Shown here: positions 43,791 through 57,840 of the stretch, piece by piece
Numbering within the stretch: position 1 is the stretch's first letter
Layout of the letters: every line of letters begins with the position of its first letter
DNA from: Octopus vulgaris
Taxonomy: Eukaryota
Direction of reading: 5' to 3'
DNA length: 64,000 nucleotides
Assembly (NCBI GenBank): GCA_951406725.2
Contig: OX597823.1
Coordinates: 92,256,001 to 92,320,000, forward strand
Position numbers and translations under genes: made by a program
Notes under the pieces: generated by a model
Databases searched by the model: none
What the model saw: the letters and a program-made list of their open reading frames with translations, nothing else
Told to the model about the DNA's origin: nothing

Positions 43791-45264
43791 TGTGAGAGAG
43801 GCAAAGAAGTGAGAAATAATGCAGATATAATTTCATAACATTGAAAACAATATTTATTTTGATAAATGTTATATTTCATAACAAAGACAATCATTTATTT
43901 ACCATTATATATTATCGTATTAAAAACAACTTTTGTGAGTACGATTTCGTTGAATTATTTTCACTATTTTGTGAATAAATAAATATTGACATCACTATAT
44001 ATAATGATTTCTAATACAAACAAGAAAGCACAAACTTTATTGTGAGGTGAGGGATGGCAAATTTTATCGATCATACAGCTGAAATTATATTTATCTTATC
44101 GATACTGTAAAGATGAAAGACTAAATCGGGGGTTTTGTGTTTTTAATTCAATAGAAAATAAAGTATAACTGAATATCAGAAGTAATTTATCCTGGCGTTT
44201 TTAGTAATTCTAGCATTCACTGCCGTCGATTATATCGACCCATTATTCAGCCGGACTTTATTTCAAAAACCCCGACGTAATGGAAATAAAAGTTGTCTCG
44301 CATGGATTCGAACTTGGAACATAAAGATTTGGAGATAATATTGCAAAAATAGTTCGTTTGATTCTGTAACGATTCCACTAAGCAAATAATAATGGAACTA
44401 TCTCCTCCTCTATTTGATACAGCGGGACCAATGGTAGCACTGGATAATCAAAGACAGGGCAGTCACCAGTGTATGGTGGGGATTAGTAGCGATAAAACAA
44501 CTATTTGGAAACGGGTATCTGAGCGTTTATAGAATAAAAATACTGAATATATAAAATATATGCATACGTGCATACACACATATATGCGCTGAAATTGAAT
44601 AGTGAGAATGATTACTCATCGATGAATTGGTGTATAAATATTATTTATAATAGATTTAGCAAGACTACCAATGCTTTCAAGTAGGAACTGATCGCTTAAC
44701 TATTATCTAGTTTGTCTCCTGGTAAGGTTGATACCTGTTTTCTATCGAAAAAGCAGACTAGTTTCAGTTCCTCTTCTTCAACAAATGAAGAGTGCATGCC
44801 ATGCATATCAGTCACGGTTGCCTTAGATTTGTCTTTCGAAGCATGAGGAATACCATTGAATCTTTCATGATTCAGAGATGGGATGGTTTATTTTCATTTC
44901 CCGCTGCTGGACACCGGAATGTATTATGGATACACATTCCTGTGTCATACCGCTTTGCCAGATAGGCAATTTCCCACCAAATAAGCCTTTAATATTGGAA
45001 ACAACTCAGATGGAACTATCCAAACTGGAAATCCTTTCCCTATTTTGCAATTTGAATTTTATATCCGTTTCTTCGTTTGTCTTCTAATGTACACATTGTG
45101 CGTTGGAGTGGATTCTTCTCTCTCTCTGCTTCTCTCTCTCTGTTTTTCTCCCCTGCTTCTCTCTCTCTCTCTGCTTCACCTTCTCTCTACTTGTCTCTCT
45201 GCTTCTCTCTCTGTCTCTGCTTCTCTCTCTGCTTTCTGTCTCTGTTTTTCTCTCTCTCTCTGCT

Positions 45265-45295
<31 letters not shown>

Positions 45296-45691
45296 AGCTT
45301 TTATCCTAATCTGTGTTGAATATAGTATTTCTCCAAAAAAATTAATATTTCTTGTTTTCAAACAAATGTGTTCTGCGGAAAAATTAAAATTGTTGCCTCG
45401 TCTGTTTTTTGTTTAAAGTCATTTTTCTTATTTTTCGTTCGAATTTTTGTGCGTGGGAGATGGAATGCTCTCTAGCAATTTCAATTTTGCAAATCAAAGT
45501 ATCTTTCCTCCAAAAACTGAACAAGCAATGCGGCCAAAGCATATCCATATCTCTCTATTAAAAGGAAAATTAAGCGTTAAACATAATTCCATGACCACAG
45601 ATTGTCATTAGGTAAAATTGTCCACTACAAGTGAGCGCTAGAAGAGAGAGGCGACTGTAAACACGCAGAACCAATGATGATGATGATGATG

Positions 45692-45756
<65 letters not shown>

Positions 45757-45757
45757 A

Positions 45758-46308
45758 ATGCAGTACCAAGCAGTGGCTCTCATGGATTCTCATCATAACT
45801 GATTAGAAGTGTTATCATGTAGATTGTTTTGCCTTGGTGTAATAGATGGGCTACGGCAACTATTCTGCTAAACATGACATATTTGCTGGTCAGTTGTTTG
45901 ACCATAACTAGTTGAGCATGTGCCTTAAACGCTGACGATATGTGCATCTCTGGCCACGAGCAGAAGTAGTGGGGAAGCATCATAGCCATGTGTGGAGAGG
46001 AATTCTTTGGGTTTATGGATAATTCACCTCTGGAAACATGGTTGCTTCGTTCAAGATCCTCCAACAATCCTTATTCAGGTACTTTTTGAGCGGGATGGGT
46101 TACTCGACCTGCAGAAAATTCTAATCGGACTCCACCTGCAAGGTCATTCCCATTTAATCTTGATGTAAGAGCACCATGTCGCGCACATATAGTTGTGGTG
46201 CATGTGCCTGGTGTACCCTTATCAGATCGGTAGTCATGATGAGTATACTGGGCGTTGTATATTTTACTCCAGTGTCACTTTGATGGCATGCACTGCTCTA
46301 TCACTCAA
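45758..46308. mobile_element. Second copy of the 550-bp (AAT)n-embedded element
   Basis: Collinear with 24828..25381. Confidence 0.8.
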
Positions 46309-46316
46309 GGATAATT

Positions 46317-46376
<60 letters not shown>

Positions 46377-46384
46377 ATGATAAT

Positions 46385-46444
<60 letters not shown>

Positions 46445-46499
46445 TATGTGTGTAAATAACTAATTCTAAAAGTTAAAATGGTGTGATTTACGTCGATGT

Positions 46500-46990
46500 C
46501 CGCAAGCGTTTGCCAAGTACGATAGCAACATAAAAGTCAAGTGGTCATCGCAAATGTCGTCAGCGATGAGATCAGAATGGGAATTTGGAAGAGAATTAAA
46601 TGTGCTACAGTCATATTTAAAAGAGGAAAAGTGATCAAGACTGAAAATCTAATCTTTGATAATGACACCAGGATCAAGGATTTAAACACATACAAGTCAC
46701 TTGAAAGGAACGAAGTCGATAGAATATAACACGAGAGAAAAAGATGAACCAAAGGAGAGTGAGTATGGAACCGAAAAGGAAAGTGAAAGCAGCTACCAGA
46801 CTTAAAGCGATTGGCACTTTACCAAAATCCGTAGATTTTTGAAGGGTTTCGACACCAAATGTAAACTGAATAACATCTGAAACTCAACTCTAAAACACAA
46901 AAGATGCAGACATTAGAGATAAAGAATCACTCAAAAGGAGATGTCGGGTGGTTGTACTTACCTGGAATAACCTTACGACACATCCTCTAC
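46500..46990 (+). mobile_element. Decayed R4/Dong-like RT thumb fragment
   Basis: SDEIRMGI...KCATVIFKRGKV..IKDLNTYKSL; follows (AAT)n. Confidence 0.6.
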
Positions 46991-47709
46991 ACCATTTTGA
47001 AATGCACTGAGCAAGGGCTGGAAGAATTTGATGTCAGCAAACCTTGAACGATTCGATCACAATATAATACTAAAGAGACAATCTGATACTGAAATACGTG
47101 GATAGCAGCTACAATGAGCCAAATTTTTTTCTGACAAACAGAACGTAGTATGTCGTGGGAGAAGTACCTCACCCAAAACCAGCAGAAGTTATCAGTGGAG
47201 TTCTGCAGGAGAAGGCGGCATAATTGAACCAGAACAGGCTCTCAACACTACCACTTCAAGACCCATTCTTCCGAATGGTAAAACATCAGATATACGACAT
47301 CAAGAGAAAACAGGGTGATTCAAGAAAGAGTCTGATATTCCAGAAACCATATCAACAAAAGACGAGGTGACACACTTATTTATGCCAAGCGAGTGAAAGA
47401 GGAGGATGCAAAATACGGTTAGTTTCCAGTTCAGTAAGCCTGGTGAGAAGACTATGTAATGCAGGGGAAGTAGGTTAAAGGGCCACGGGACGAAGATGTG
47501 CAGATAATACGGCACATAATTTGTACTTAATATTTGTATTTTGCTTTTTTACTTGCATTATTGATAGAAAATTATTTTGTAGTTTACGTCATTCTAAACA
47601 TTTGCTACGACTCTCTCTTGAGTCCCACGACCATACTCCAGCGGACGAAATTCTTTGTTAGGTTTTATCCACTTTTCCATTTTACGGACTATCTTGTATG
47701 ATAGTAGTA

Positions 47710-48022
47710 AAGATGCGTGTCTAAGTGGTTAGGGTAATCGGTTGGAGATCATAAGGTCGTGAGTTCAATCTCCGACTGCTCGTTTGTTAAACAAGACATT
47801 TTATTTCATGTAACCTGCAGTCAACTCACCTGACAGAAAAAAGGTAGTACCTGTATTTCAAAGGGCCAGCTTTGTCACATTCTATATCACGCTAATTCCT
47901 CCGCCAGCTACGTTAAAGCCATACGTATTTGTGTGGTGCTCAACCAGTTGCGTTAATTCCATCAACAGGTTGTTCCGTTCATCAGATCCACTAGGACCCA
48001 ATGTGTCGACGGAGCGCCAGTT
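47710..48022 (+). mobile_element. Old tRNA-SINE (D-type head, A-type tail)
   Basis: AAGTGGTTAGGG...GAGTTCAATCTCC...GTACCTGTATTTCAAAGGGCCAGC...CGACGGAGCGCC. Confidence 0.7.
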
Positions 48023-48625
48023 ACATGTGACAGTAAAATTCTTATGAACATTTCAGAATATCCTTTTGTAACCCATCCGTAACAAACTTTTCAGCATTTA
48101 TCTCTATTTTTCCAACTCAGTCAATTGTTTATTTGAGCTTCTCATTTTATTTCTATTTGTGTTTGATTCCGAGTAAATTTAAAATTATATTCATGTTTTA
48201 AAAAACAAACAAAAAAATCTTACTTAGTCTCCAATTTTATACATTTAGAAATATTTGTATTCACACGGTAAATAATTCCAATTTTTTTTTCCGGTTGTAA
48301 ACCTTTCTTCTGCATTGCGTTCGTAAATAAAGAAGATATTCTATGTCACACTTGGTGTGCATTATTTTAAAAGCAAATATCTCTTTTTCGTTAGCTTTAT
48401 ATGCAGCTTTCACAAAAGCTGTTGAATTTTTTTTATTTTCATTTTTCGGCGAGTGGGTGAGTGAGTGCACAGGACGAACCAGACTCTTACCTGAGTGACT
48501 GAATAACACCTAATAACTTCACCGGAGTCTCGAACATCAAATGCGGTTTATTTGGGAATGTCACACTGCTTTTGTCTTAATAAAGTGCAGAAACGAGGAT
48601 GTGTATAATGATAGATATATCCAAA

Positions 48626-48659
<34 letters not shown>

Positions 48660-49136
48660 GGTATGTAGAAAAATACATCATGGACAAGAACGTATAACTC
48701 TTAGAAAACGATACAATAAACACGGACAGGACATTCGAAACCCTCCGTCTTCAGTCAAGAACCGGATCATCGTAGTAATTTCGGCTGATTAATCTTGAGA
48801 TTACTAGATCACGGCCAGCCCTCCAAGAAAAACTAAGCAACAAGCATTAGAAAAACTAAGCTGGAAGCGTAGATTTCCTGGAAGAAAGATCGAATGCATA
48901 CGAACACCAGGACAGCAAAAGGGACAGATATAAAAAAAACAAAAAAACAATAATGGAATACAGAAACATGAAATACAGAAGCATTAACGGTGAAAACGAC
49001 AAGTGTCTTACGACTGATAACAAGCAAACAATTTTTTTTTCTCTGGCGCATTGGAAGGAGCCTTTATAGCGGCGGACGAAAAACAACGATGTTAACGTGA
49101 CGATGGTCAGAAGCTGAAAGGCAGATTTCAATATTT

Positions 49137-49266
49137 ATTTATTTTATAGAAGGAGCTTCTACAGGACTAGAACTGTTTCATTCAAAAGAAATCATCAGGA
49201 AGCTTCCTGATGATTTCTTTTGAATGAAACAGTTCTAGTCCTGTAAACTCCTTCTATAAAATAAAT
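49137..49266. repeat. About 130-bp palindrome with no spacer
   Basis: Centre ATCATCAGGAAG|CTTCCTGATGAT; arms match except for a small deletion in the right arm. Confidence 0.95.
49154..49204 (-). ncRNA. Type I hammerhead ribozyme
   Basis: Minus strand AGCTTC-CTGATGA-TTTCTTTTGAAT-GAA-ACAG-TTCTAGTC-CTGT-A-GAAGCT: 6-bp stem I, 4-bp stem III, GUA site. Confidence 0.8.
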
Positions 49267-49331
49267 TAATTTACTCTGCTATGTATTGAGTACCTTATTT
49301 ACTGTGGTTAACCCCGACTCAACCCGGTACC

Positions 49332-49386
<55 letters not shown>

Positions 49387-49599
49387 GTACACATACACAT
49401 ACATATGTTTGCATTTATTACAGAAACGTGTGTGTGTGCTGTTGACACCGCTTGATTGAATGGTATTACCCAGGTGTGGAAATTATAATGATATCGGTGG
49501 GGCAGCTGATGATGGAGGGATGTTGGATTGTTGGTGTGGCTGTTTTGTATATGTGGAATAGTATTATAACACATAGTACGACTTATTTTTTGAAGCTTC

Positions 49600-50080
49600 G
49601 TACTTATTCTTGTGGAATGTTTAGCCGAACCACTAACTGACGGGGACACGAACAAGCTATCACCGGTTGTCAAGACACAGAAACACACAGACAAATATAT
49701 AAGGCGTCGAGCTGGCAGAATCGTTAGCACGTCGGGTAAAATGCTTAGCGGTATTTCGTCTGCCGCTACGTTCTGAGCTCAAATTCCGCCGAGGTCGACT
49801 TTGCCTTTCATCCTTTCGGGGTCGATAAATATAGTACCAGTTTCGCACTGGGGTCGTTGTAATCGACTTAATCCCTTGTTTGTCCCCTCTATGTTTAGCC
49901 CCTTGTGGGCAATAAAGAAATATATATAAGACGGGCTTCTTTTAGTTTCCGGCACCCAAATCTACTCAGAAGGCTTTGGTCAGCCCGCGGGTATATTAGA
50001 GGCCACCCGCCGAATGCGCCACGCCGTGGGACTGAGCCCGAAACCATGTGGTTGGGAAGCAGACTTCCTGCTATACAACC
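49600..50080 (-). mobile_element. Diverged SINE family B interrupted by a family C SINE
   Basis: Tail part at 49600-49695 and head part at 49930-50080. Confidence 0.7.
49701..49921 (+). mobile_element. SINE family C
   Basis: Near-identical to 18313..18544. Confidence 0.88.
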
Positions 50081-50214
50081 AAGATCGATAGACTAAGAAC
50101 GATGTTTTGAATTAAATGTATTGGATGGATTTATTCCAGTAAAATCTCCATAAGGGAAAGCTCCAGCGTGGCCACCGTCAGAACGACTGAAACAAGTAAA
50201 AGAAAAAAGATAAA

Positions 50215-50732
50215 TATATATGTGTCTGATTCGGATGTATATATATGTATGTGTGTATGCATTTATCTATGTGTGTGTATGTGTGCATAGATCTATGTGT
50301 GTGTATGTATGTATGTATATGTGTGTATGTGCGTATGTGTACATGTGTGTATGTGTGGACGTGTATATGAACATGTGTGTATGCTTGTATGTATGTGTGT
50401 ATGTGTGTACGTGTTTATGTACATGTGTGTATGCTTGTATGTATGTGTGTATGTGTATGTGTGTATGTGTATAGGTATGTGTGGATATGTGTATGTATGT
50501 ATATGTGTATGTACGTGTGTATGTGTGTAGGTATGAATGTATGTGTGTATATGTATATATATATATACATGTATGTATGTGTGTATGTGTCTATGTATGT
50601 GTGTATGCATGTATGTGTGCGTGAGTGTATGCATGTGTGTATGTACGTATGAGTGTATGTATGTATGTATGTTTATATGTGTATGTATGTGTGTCTATGT
50701 ATGTATGTGTATGTGTGTGTATGTGTGTATGT
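50215..50732. repeat. Degenerate (TG)n/(TATG)n simple-sequence tract
   Basis: Directly visible. Confidence 0.93.
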
Positions 50733-50953
50733 AATAAGGAGAGGGGAGGCAAAAACAAATTCACTGACAAGATTCGGAATGCGCCTGAAAGAGTTTGGCA
50801 GAATACGAGAAGCCATTAAGAGAAAGAGAAGGGAATCTGGATAGGGAGAGGAAACGGCAGTGGGAGGGAGGAGAAATTAAGAGAGAGAGAGAGAGAGACG
50901 ATATGTGGAAGGAGGCCAGAAATATCTAGTTATATACAAGGAGAGAGAGAGGG

Positions 50954-50990
<37 letters not shown>

Positions 50991-51061
50991 TGATTTATGT
51001 GTGTGTGAGAGAGATAAAGAGATAGATAGATAGAGAGAGACAGAGAGATACAGACAACCTG

Positions 51062-51100
<39 letters not shown>

Positions 51101-51105
51101 TATAC

Positions 51106-51160
<55 letters not shown>

Positions 51161-51163
51161 AAG

Positions 51164-51215
<52 letters not shown>

Positions 51216-51730
51216 TGATTGATTGATTGATTGATAGACCGATAGTTAGGTAGATAGATTGAGAGATGGACCAATAGATAGATAGATAGGAAGAAAAAGG
51301 GAGAGAGAGATTTTGAGGGACAGCTTGAAACTCGATATATATATATAAAGACAATGTATTGCCGTGTAAGGAGAGTAAATCTGCAAAAATCTGCTAATCA
51401 CCTTTTTTAAATCTTTCTCACCTCACCAATCTGTCACTCGCTCGATTTCCCACTGTTATATTTATATATATATATAGCTGCACTGTACACACGCATAAAT
51501 ATATTCGTATACACACTGCCACACACGTAAATATAAAATACACGCACGCAGATATATTCACACATTGAGTTCGAGATTTATTATAGAGAGCAACAAGTTG
51601 CATCGCCTCCACCAAGCGTCACTCTAACAAATATGTCAGCGTCTCATTTCGCCTCCATTATCAGCAGTAAGTAGAACACTATTATCTTTAGTAACAAGAC
51701 CGCTACTATCTTATCACCGTTGCTAGTACC

Positions 51731-51962
51731 GATTTCTTTATTGCCCACAAGGGGCTAAACATAGATGGGACAAACAAGGACAGACAAACGGATCAAGTCG
51801 ATTACATCGACCCCAGTGCTTAACTAGTACTTAATTTATCGACCCCGAAAGGATGAAAGGCAAAGTCGACCTCGGCGGAATTTGAACTCAGAACGTAACG
51901 GCAGACGAAATACCGCTAAGCATTTCGCCCGGCGTGCTAACGTTTCTGCCAGCTCGCCGCCT
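51731..51962 (-). mobile_element. SINE family C with 17-bp target-site duplication
   Basis: TCACCGTTGCTAGTACC at 51714-51730 and 51963-51979. Confidence 0.92.
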
Positions 51963-53001
51963 TCACCGTTGCTAGTACCACCACCACCACCACCACCACC
52001 ACCACCACCACCGCCGCCGCCGCCACCACCACCACCACCACCACCACCACCACAACCACCATCACGACCACAACCATTATAACAACCTCACCCTAATTAT
52101 CGCCATCACAACCACCACCACCACAGTACCACCATCACCAACGCCACTGACCTCACTACCGCCACCACCGTCACCACTGCAAGCACCATCACCACCGCCA
52201 CCACCACAACCACCACTCAATCATCACCACCTCTATCGCCTCCACTCTATTACCATCACTAATACTAACAGCGGAAAAGCTATCCTGAGAACCGAAACCA
52301 CAACCCTCCCCACCACTGCCTCTTGTACTCCTTCCAATCACCAACAACCAAGGAATGGATCATAAAGTGGTCACTTTAAGATGCTAGAAATAACAGCAAA
52401 ATATTCGTCAAGTGATACTGCTTTTTTTACAAAGTGCAATACGATTTGAATATCATCCCAGGAATATTGTGATATGGTAAAAGACGGGATGGCCATGAAT
52501 GGGCTAGTTTTGATCATAGGTCTGCTCGACCACTTGGTGCAATAGCAACCAGTAACACAAATATCCCTGATATTACAAACTGCAATACCTTTATCTTCAC
52601 CACCCAAAATGCTCTGCATTCCCATCAGAAAATACTTCGATGCAGCTATAACAGCTTGTATTCGATTGTCAGATATATTCGTTCGTTCTGTTCTTTACAT
52701 GGCGCCTTATTCGTCATATGTCTGAAACCAGGTCGGATTTATTTAAATTTCTAAAACAATAAATAAAAATCATAGAGGAAGAATTAAACTAGGAAGATCC
52801 ATGAATTAACGATTAAAGCATTTTGTGTGTCAATTCAAATAAGACTGAAAAGGACTGAAATAAATGGAAAAGAAAAAGATTAAGAGTGAGATAGAAAGAG
52901 AGAAAAGAAAACGAACGAATTATATGACACCCCAATAAAATTCCGATTTCATCACAGTGATTACTATCGCGATAGTAATCACTGTGAAAATAATTCAATG
53001 T

Positions 53002-53372
53002 GTGGAGGCTCAATGGCCCAGTGGTTAGGGCAGAGGATTCGCGGTGGTAGGATGGCCGTTTCGATTCTCAGACCGGGTGTTGTGAGTGTTTATTGAGCGA
53101 AAACACCTAAAGCTCCACGAAGCTCCGGCAGGGGGTGGTGGCGAACTCTACTGTACTCTTTCACCACATCTTTCTCTCACTCTTTCTTCCTGTTTCTGTC
53201 GTACCTGTATTTCAAAAGGTCCAGCCTTGTTACACTCTGTGTCACGCTGAATCTCCCGTGGACTACATTAAAGGTACACGTGTCTATGGAGTGCTCAGCC
53301 ACTTCCACGTTAATTCCACGAGCAGGCTGGATCAACTGGAACCCTCATCGTCGTAACCAACATTGTGCCACG
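53002..53372 (+). mobile_element. SINE family A, full length with 10-bp TSD
   Basis: A box TGGCCCAGTGGTTAGG, B box GTTTCGATTCTC; AATTCAATGT at 52992 and 53373. Confidence 0.88.
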
Positions 53373-53609
53373 AATTCAATGTAAGAGACGTGTAGAGCAC
53401 CCGAACAAAATGCTTAGCGGCAATTCTTCTGTGTTCCTCCTTTCATGAGGTCGATGTAGTCGCCTTGATACACCCCCAAAATTATAGGCCTTGTGACAAT
53501 ATTTGAAAGAAGTGTTTAAAGGAGCGAAATGATACAATCGTTAGCACGCCGGACATAGATATTTAGCGGCATTAGAATCGGAGTTCAAATTTCACCGAGG
53601 TCTCAACAC

Positions 53610-54192
53610 TATTTTGTTTGTTTCAGGCATTTCACTGCAGCCATACCTTTTGTCGAATAAATCAACCCCAGGACTTTTTTTTCTTTGTAAGCCTAGTACT
53701 TATTCTTTCGCTCTCTTTTGCCGAACCGTTGGTTTCGGGGATGTAAACACACCAACATCGGTAGTCAAGCAATGACACACACACACACACTCAAACATAT
53801 ACATGCATGCGCACACACATACTCACACACACACACTCAAACATATACATGCATGCGCACACACACACTGACACACACACATTCAAACATATACATGAAT
53901 GCACGCACACACACACACACACACGCACTCAAACATATACATGCATGCGCGCACACACATACACACACACACACACTCAAACAAATACATGCATGCACGC
54001 ACACACACACACACAGGCACATAAGACTGGCATCTTTCAGTTTGCGTCTACCAAATTCACTCAAAAGTTTTTGGTCGGCTTGAGACTATAGTAGAAGACA
54101 CTTGACCAAGGTGCCACGCAGTGGGTCAGAACCAATAATCATGTGGTAAGAAAGCAAGCTACTTATCACAGCCACCTATTAGCCACTCCTGC
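53610..54192 (-). mobile_element. SINE family B with expanded internal CA-rich minisatellite
   Basis: Family B ends with repeated CACACACTCAAACATATACATGCATGCG units inside. Confidence 0.8.
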
Positions 54193-54239
<47 letters not shown>

Positions 54240-54243
<4 letters not shown>

Positions 54244-54402
54244 TTTTCTTTCATTTTCCATCTACTAAATCCACACACAAGGCTTTGGTAGGCTCGAAGC
54301 CACAGTATAAGACATGTGCTCAAAGTGCCGCGCAGTGGGACTGAATCCAGAATTATATGGTTGGGAAGCAAGCTTCGTACCACACAGGCCACGCTTGCGC
54401 CT
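54240..54402 (-). mobile_element. SINE family B head fragment
   Basis: Reverse complement GGCGCAAGCGTGGCCTGTGTGGTA...GGATTCAGTCCC. Confidence 0.7.
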
Positions 54403-54843
54403 TTTTTTTTTTTTATAAAAGGGTGCAATGGCTATGAGGGTCTACCGGAGTAAAATAGGGTATCATAGGTAAAAACGAAAACAGCTGAGAACCGCTAACA
54501 ACGGAGTAGTAACATCACAAGCGACCTCACCTCTTCGCTTCCTTCCTCCAAAACCACCACTACCGCCACCAGCACCACAAAGTTAACCACCGCCGCGAGC
54601 ACAACGAACACCAATGAAGCAGCTACCACCACGGCTACGACCACAATAAATAGCAAATAACAATTTATTATCCAAATTGATTGGTTATGTGTTGTTAAGT
54701 TGGCATAAAGTCAATAAGGGTTGCTTCATTGGAATTGTAGTTTTGTTGACAAATGAACTGGTTGGGAAGTCTAGCATTTTACACAACAACAATGGACATT
54801 GTCTCCTTTCTGAAGCTTTTTTAAAAAAAATTTTCTCTATTTC

Positions 54844-55357
54844 ATATATATATATGTGTGTGTGTGTATGTGTGTGGATGTACATACGTATATACATACA
54901 TATATGTGTGTATGTACATAACGTATGCGTATATATATATATATACGCATGTATATATAGATAGATGTATGTATATGGAGATATGCATATATATATATAT
55001 GTATATATAGATAGATGTATGTATATATATATATATGTATATGTATACATATATATGCATATATATATATAAAAATATATGTATACATATGTATATACAA
55101 ATATATATGTATATAAATATATGTATATATATATATATACGTATATATATAGATATATATACATACGTATACACAAACGTATATGCATATATACACAGGT
55201 ATAAGTCTATATATACATATACACATATATATCTACAAATACATACATACATACATACATATGTGTGTGTGTATGTATATAAAGTATACTTATATATATC
55301 AACATATGTATATATACATAGATGTATGTATGTACGCACACATATATATATATATAC
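54844..55357. repeat. Degenerate (TA)n-rich tract
   Basis: Directly visible. Confidence 0.93.
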
Positions 55358-55813
55358 AGTGATATAGTTTAGATTTCCTCTGATGTATTCTATGCATTTT
55401 ATATTTTCTCCGCATTCATTTCTATTTCATTTTTTTCTCATGTTTATTTTATGTTTTTCGTTGCTTTGTTATTCTCCTACTAATTCCCTTACTCTTGCTA
55501 TTGTTTCAAATGATTCTAATGCTTGTTCTATTGTTGTTCTTGTTGTTGTTGTTCAACTTTATTTTTGTTTTATACTTGTTAGTCTTGGTTTTAGTTTTAT
55601 CATTGGACTGGTCGTCAATGTTGTTGCTGTTGCTGTTGAAGGTGATGGTAATAATGATGATGATAATGATAATGATACTGATGATGTTTATGTTTATACG
55701 GTTCTATTGTTGTTTAGGTTTATAATAACTAGGATGTTGACTTCAACATAATATTTATCGGTTGTTTTGTTCTGTTAGGTGTTTTCTATACACACACACA
55801 CATACACACACAC

Positions 55814-55857
<44 letters not shown>

Positions 55858-55900
55858 TTATGTATATATATATATATGTATATGTATGTATGCATTTATG

Positions 55901-55935
<35 letters not shown>

Positions 55936-55976
55936 TTATGTATATATATATATGTATATGTATGTATGTATTTATG

Positions 55977-56008
<32 letters not shown>

Positions 56009-56015
56009 TACACAC

Positions 56016-56073
<58 letters not shown>

Positions 56074-56139
56074 GTATATATATACACACATATATTTATA
56101 TACATATATACACATACACATATACATAAATATATAAAC

Positions 56140-56183
<44 letters not shown>

Positions 56184-56224
56184 TTATGTATAAACATATA
56201 TATATATATAATTTTATTCATTCA

Positions 56225-56603
56225 TTCTTGTATTTTTCAGCTATTTGACTGCGGCCCTGCTGGAGCACGGCATGTAGTCGAACAAATCAATCCCAGGATA
56301 TATTCTTTGTAAGCCTAGTATTTACTCTATCATTCTCTTCAGCCGAACTGCTAGAATTACGGGGACATATACAAACTAACATCAGTTGTCAAGCGATGTG
56401 GCAGTGGTGGTGATGGCGGAAAAACACAGACACACAAACATATACACACGTAGGGGCCTTTCAGTTTCCGTGTACCAAATTCACTCAAGCCTTTGTTCGG
56501 GCCGAGGCTATTGTTGAAGACATTTACCCAAGGTAACTCGCAGTGGGACTGAACCCGGAACAATGGGGTTGGGAAGCAAGCTACTTACCACAAAGGCACT
56601 CCT
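56225..56603 (-). mobile_element. SINE family B
   Basis: Matches family B head and tail. Confidence 0.8.
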
Positions 56604-56684
56604 GTATACACACAAAACACACACACACACACATATAGATATGTTTGTATCTGTATGTAAAGAGAAAAACAGAATTATAGATAA

Positions 56685-56716
<32 letters not shown>

Positions 56717-56752
56717 TTATCTATAATTCTGTTTTCTCTTTACATATATATG

Positions 56753-57025
<273 letters not shown>

Positions 57026-57178
57026 GTATAGTTAAAAACACATACACGATCCTACTGCATTATCTCTGGATATCCTTGTTGCTTATTTTGATTGTAATCA
57101 CCCCATTTTAAATTATATGGATGATACCATACAAAATTCTGGTACCTTTAACTTAAGAACCATATTCAACTGAATCCA

Positions 57179-57259
<81 letters not shown>

Positions 57260-57280
57260 ATCTATGTATCTATCTATCTA

Positions 57281-57313
<33 letters not shown>

Positions 57314-57442
57314 TATCTAGCTATCCATATATCTCTCTATATATATATTTATATATATCCATAAATATATACATACATGTGTGTATATATATCTATAAAT
57401 ATCTATATGTATTATATATATAAATACATATACATTTGCGTC

Positions 57443-57473
<31 letters not shown>

Positions 57474-57599
57474 GCGTGTGTGTGTATATATGTATGTATG
57501 CACATGGATATATATGTGTATGTAAAAACAAATGAGTATATTTAGATATGTATATATATATGTATAGATACATACATATATATATACATATATAGTAAA

Positions 57600-57840
57600 T
57601 CCCCCCACCCCATAGAAACGAAAAACGCGCACCAGGAAAAAAACAATAACGCGAAGGACATGGTAGATGCAAAGTATTAGCAGAGGCTCAGGGAAGGAAA
57701 GAAAGGTGGATTTTATATTTCGAGCAAAGCTCTTATTGAGAAACAGGAGACAGAGGAAAGTCCAAGAGAAAAGGAAGACGGAGGGGAAAAAGCCGCCAAC
57801 GATTCACATGTGATTACATTTTGAAATGACCGGAAGGGAA
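57600..57840 (-). mobile_element. Diverged copy of the 19398 HHR element
   Basis: Minus strand CGTTGGCGGCTTTTTCCCCTCCGTCTTCC...GTTT-CTCAATA-AGAGCTTTGCTC-GAAATATAAAA; core decayed. Confidence 0.7.

Noticed and set aside
53775-54015. CRISPR-like array
   Set aside because: CA-rich minisatellite without unique spacers, in a eukaryotic context.
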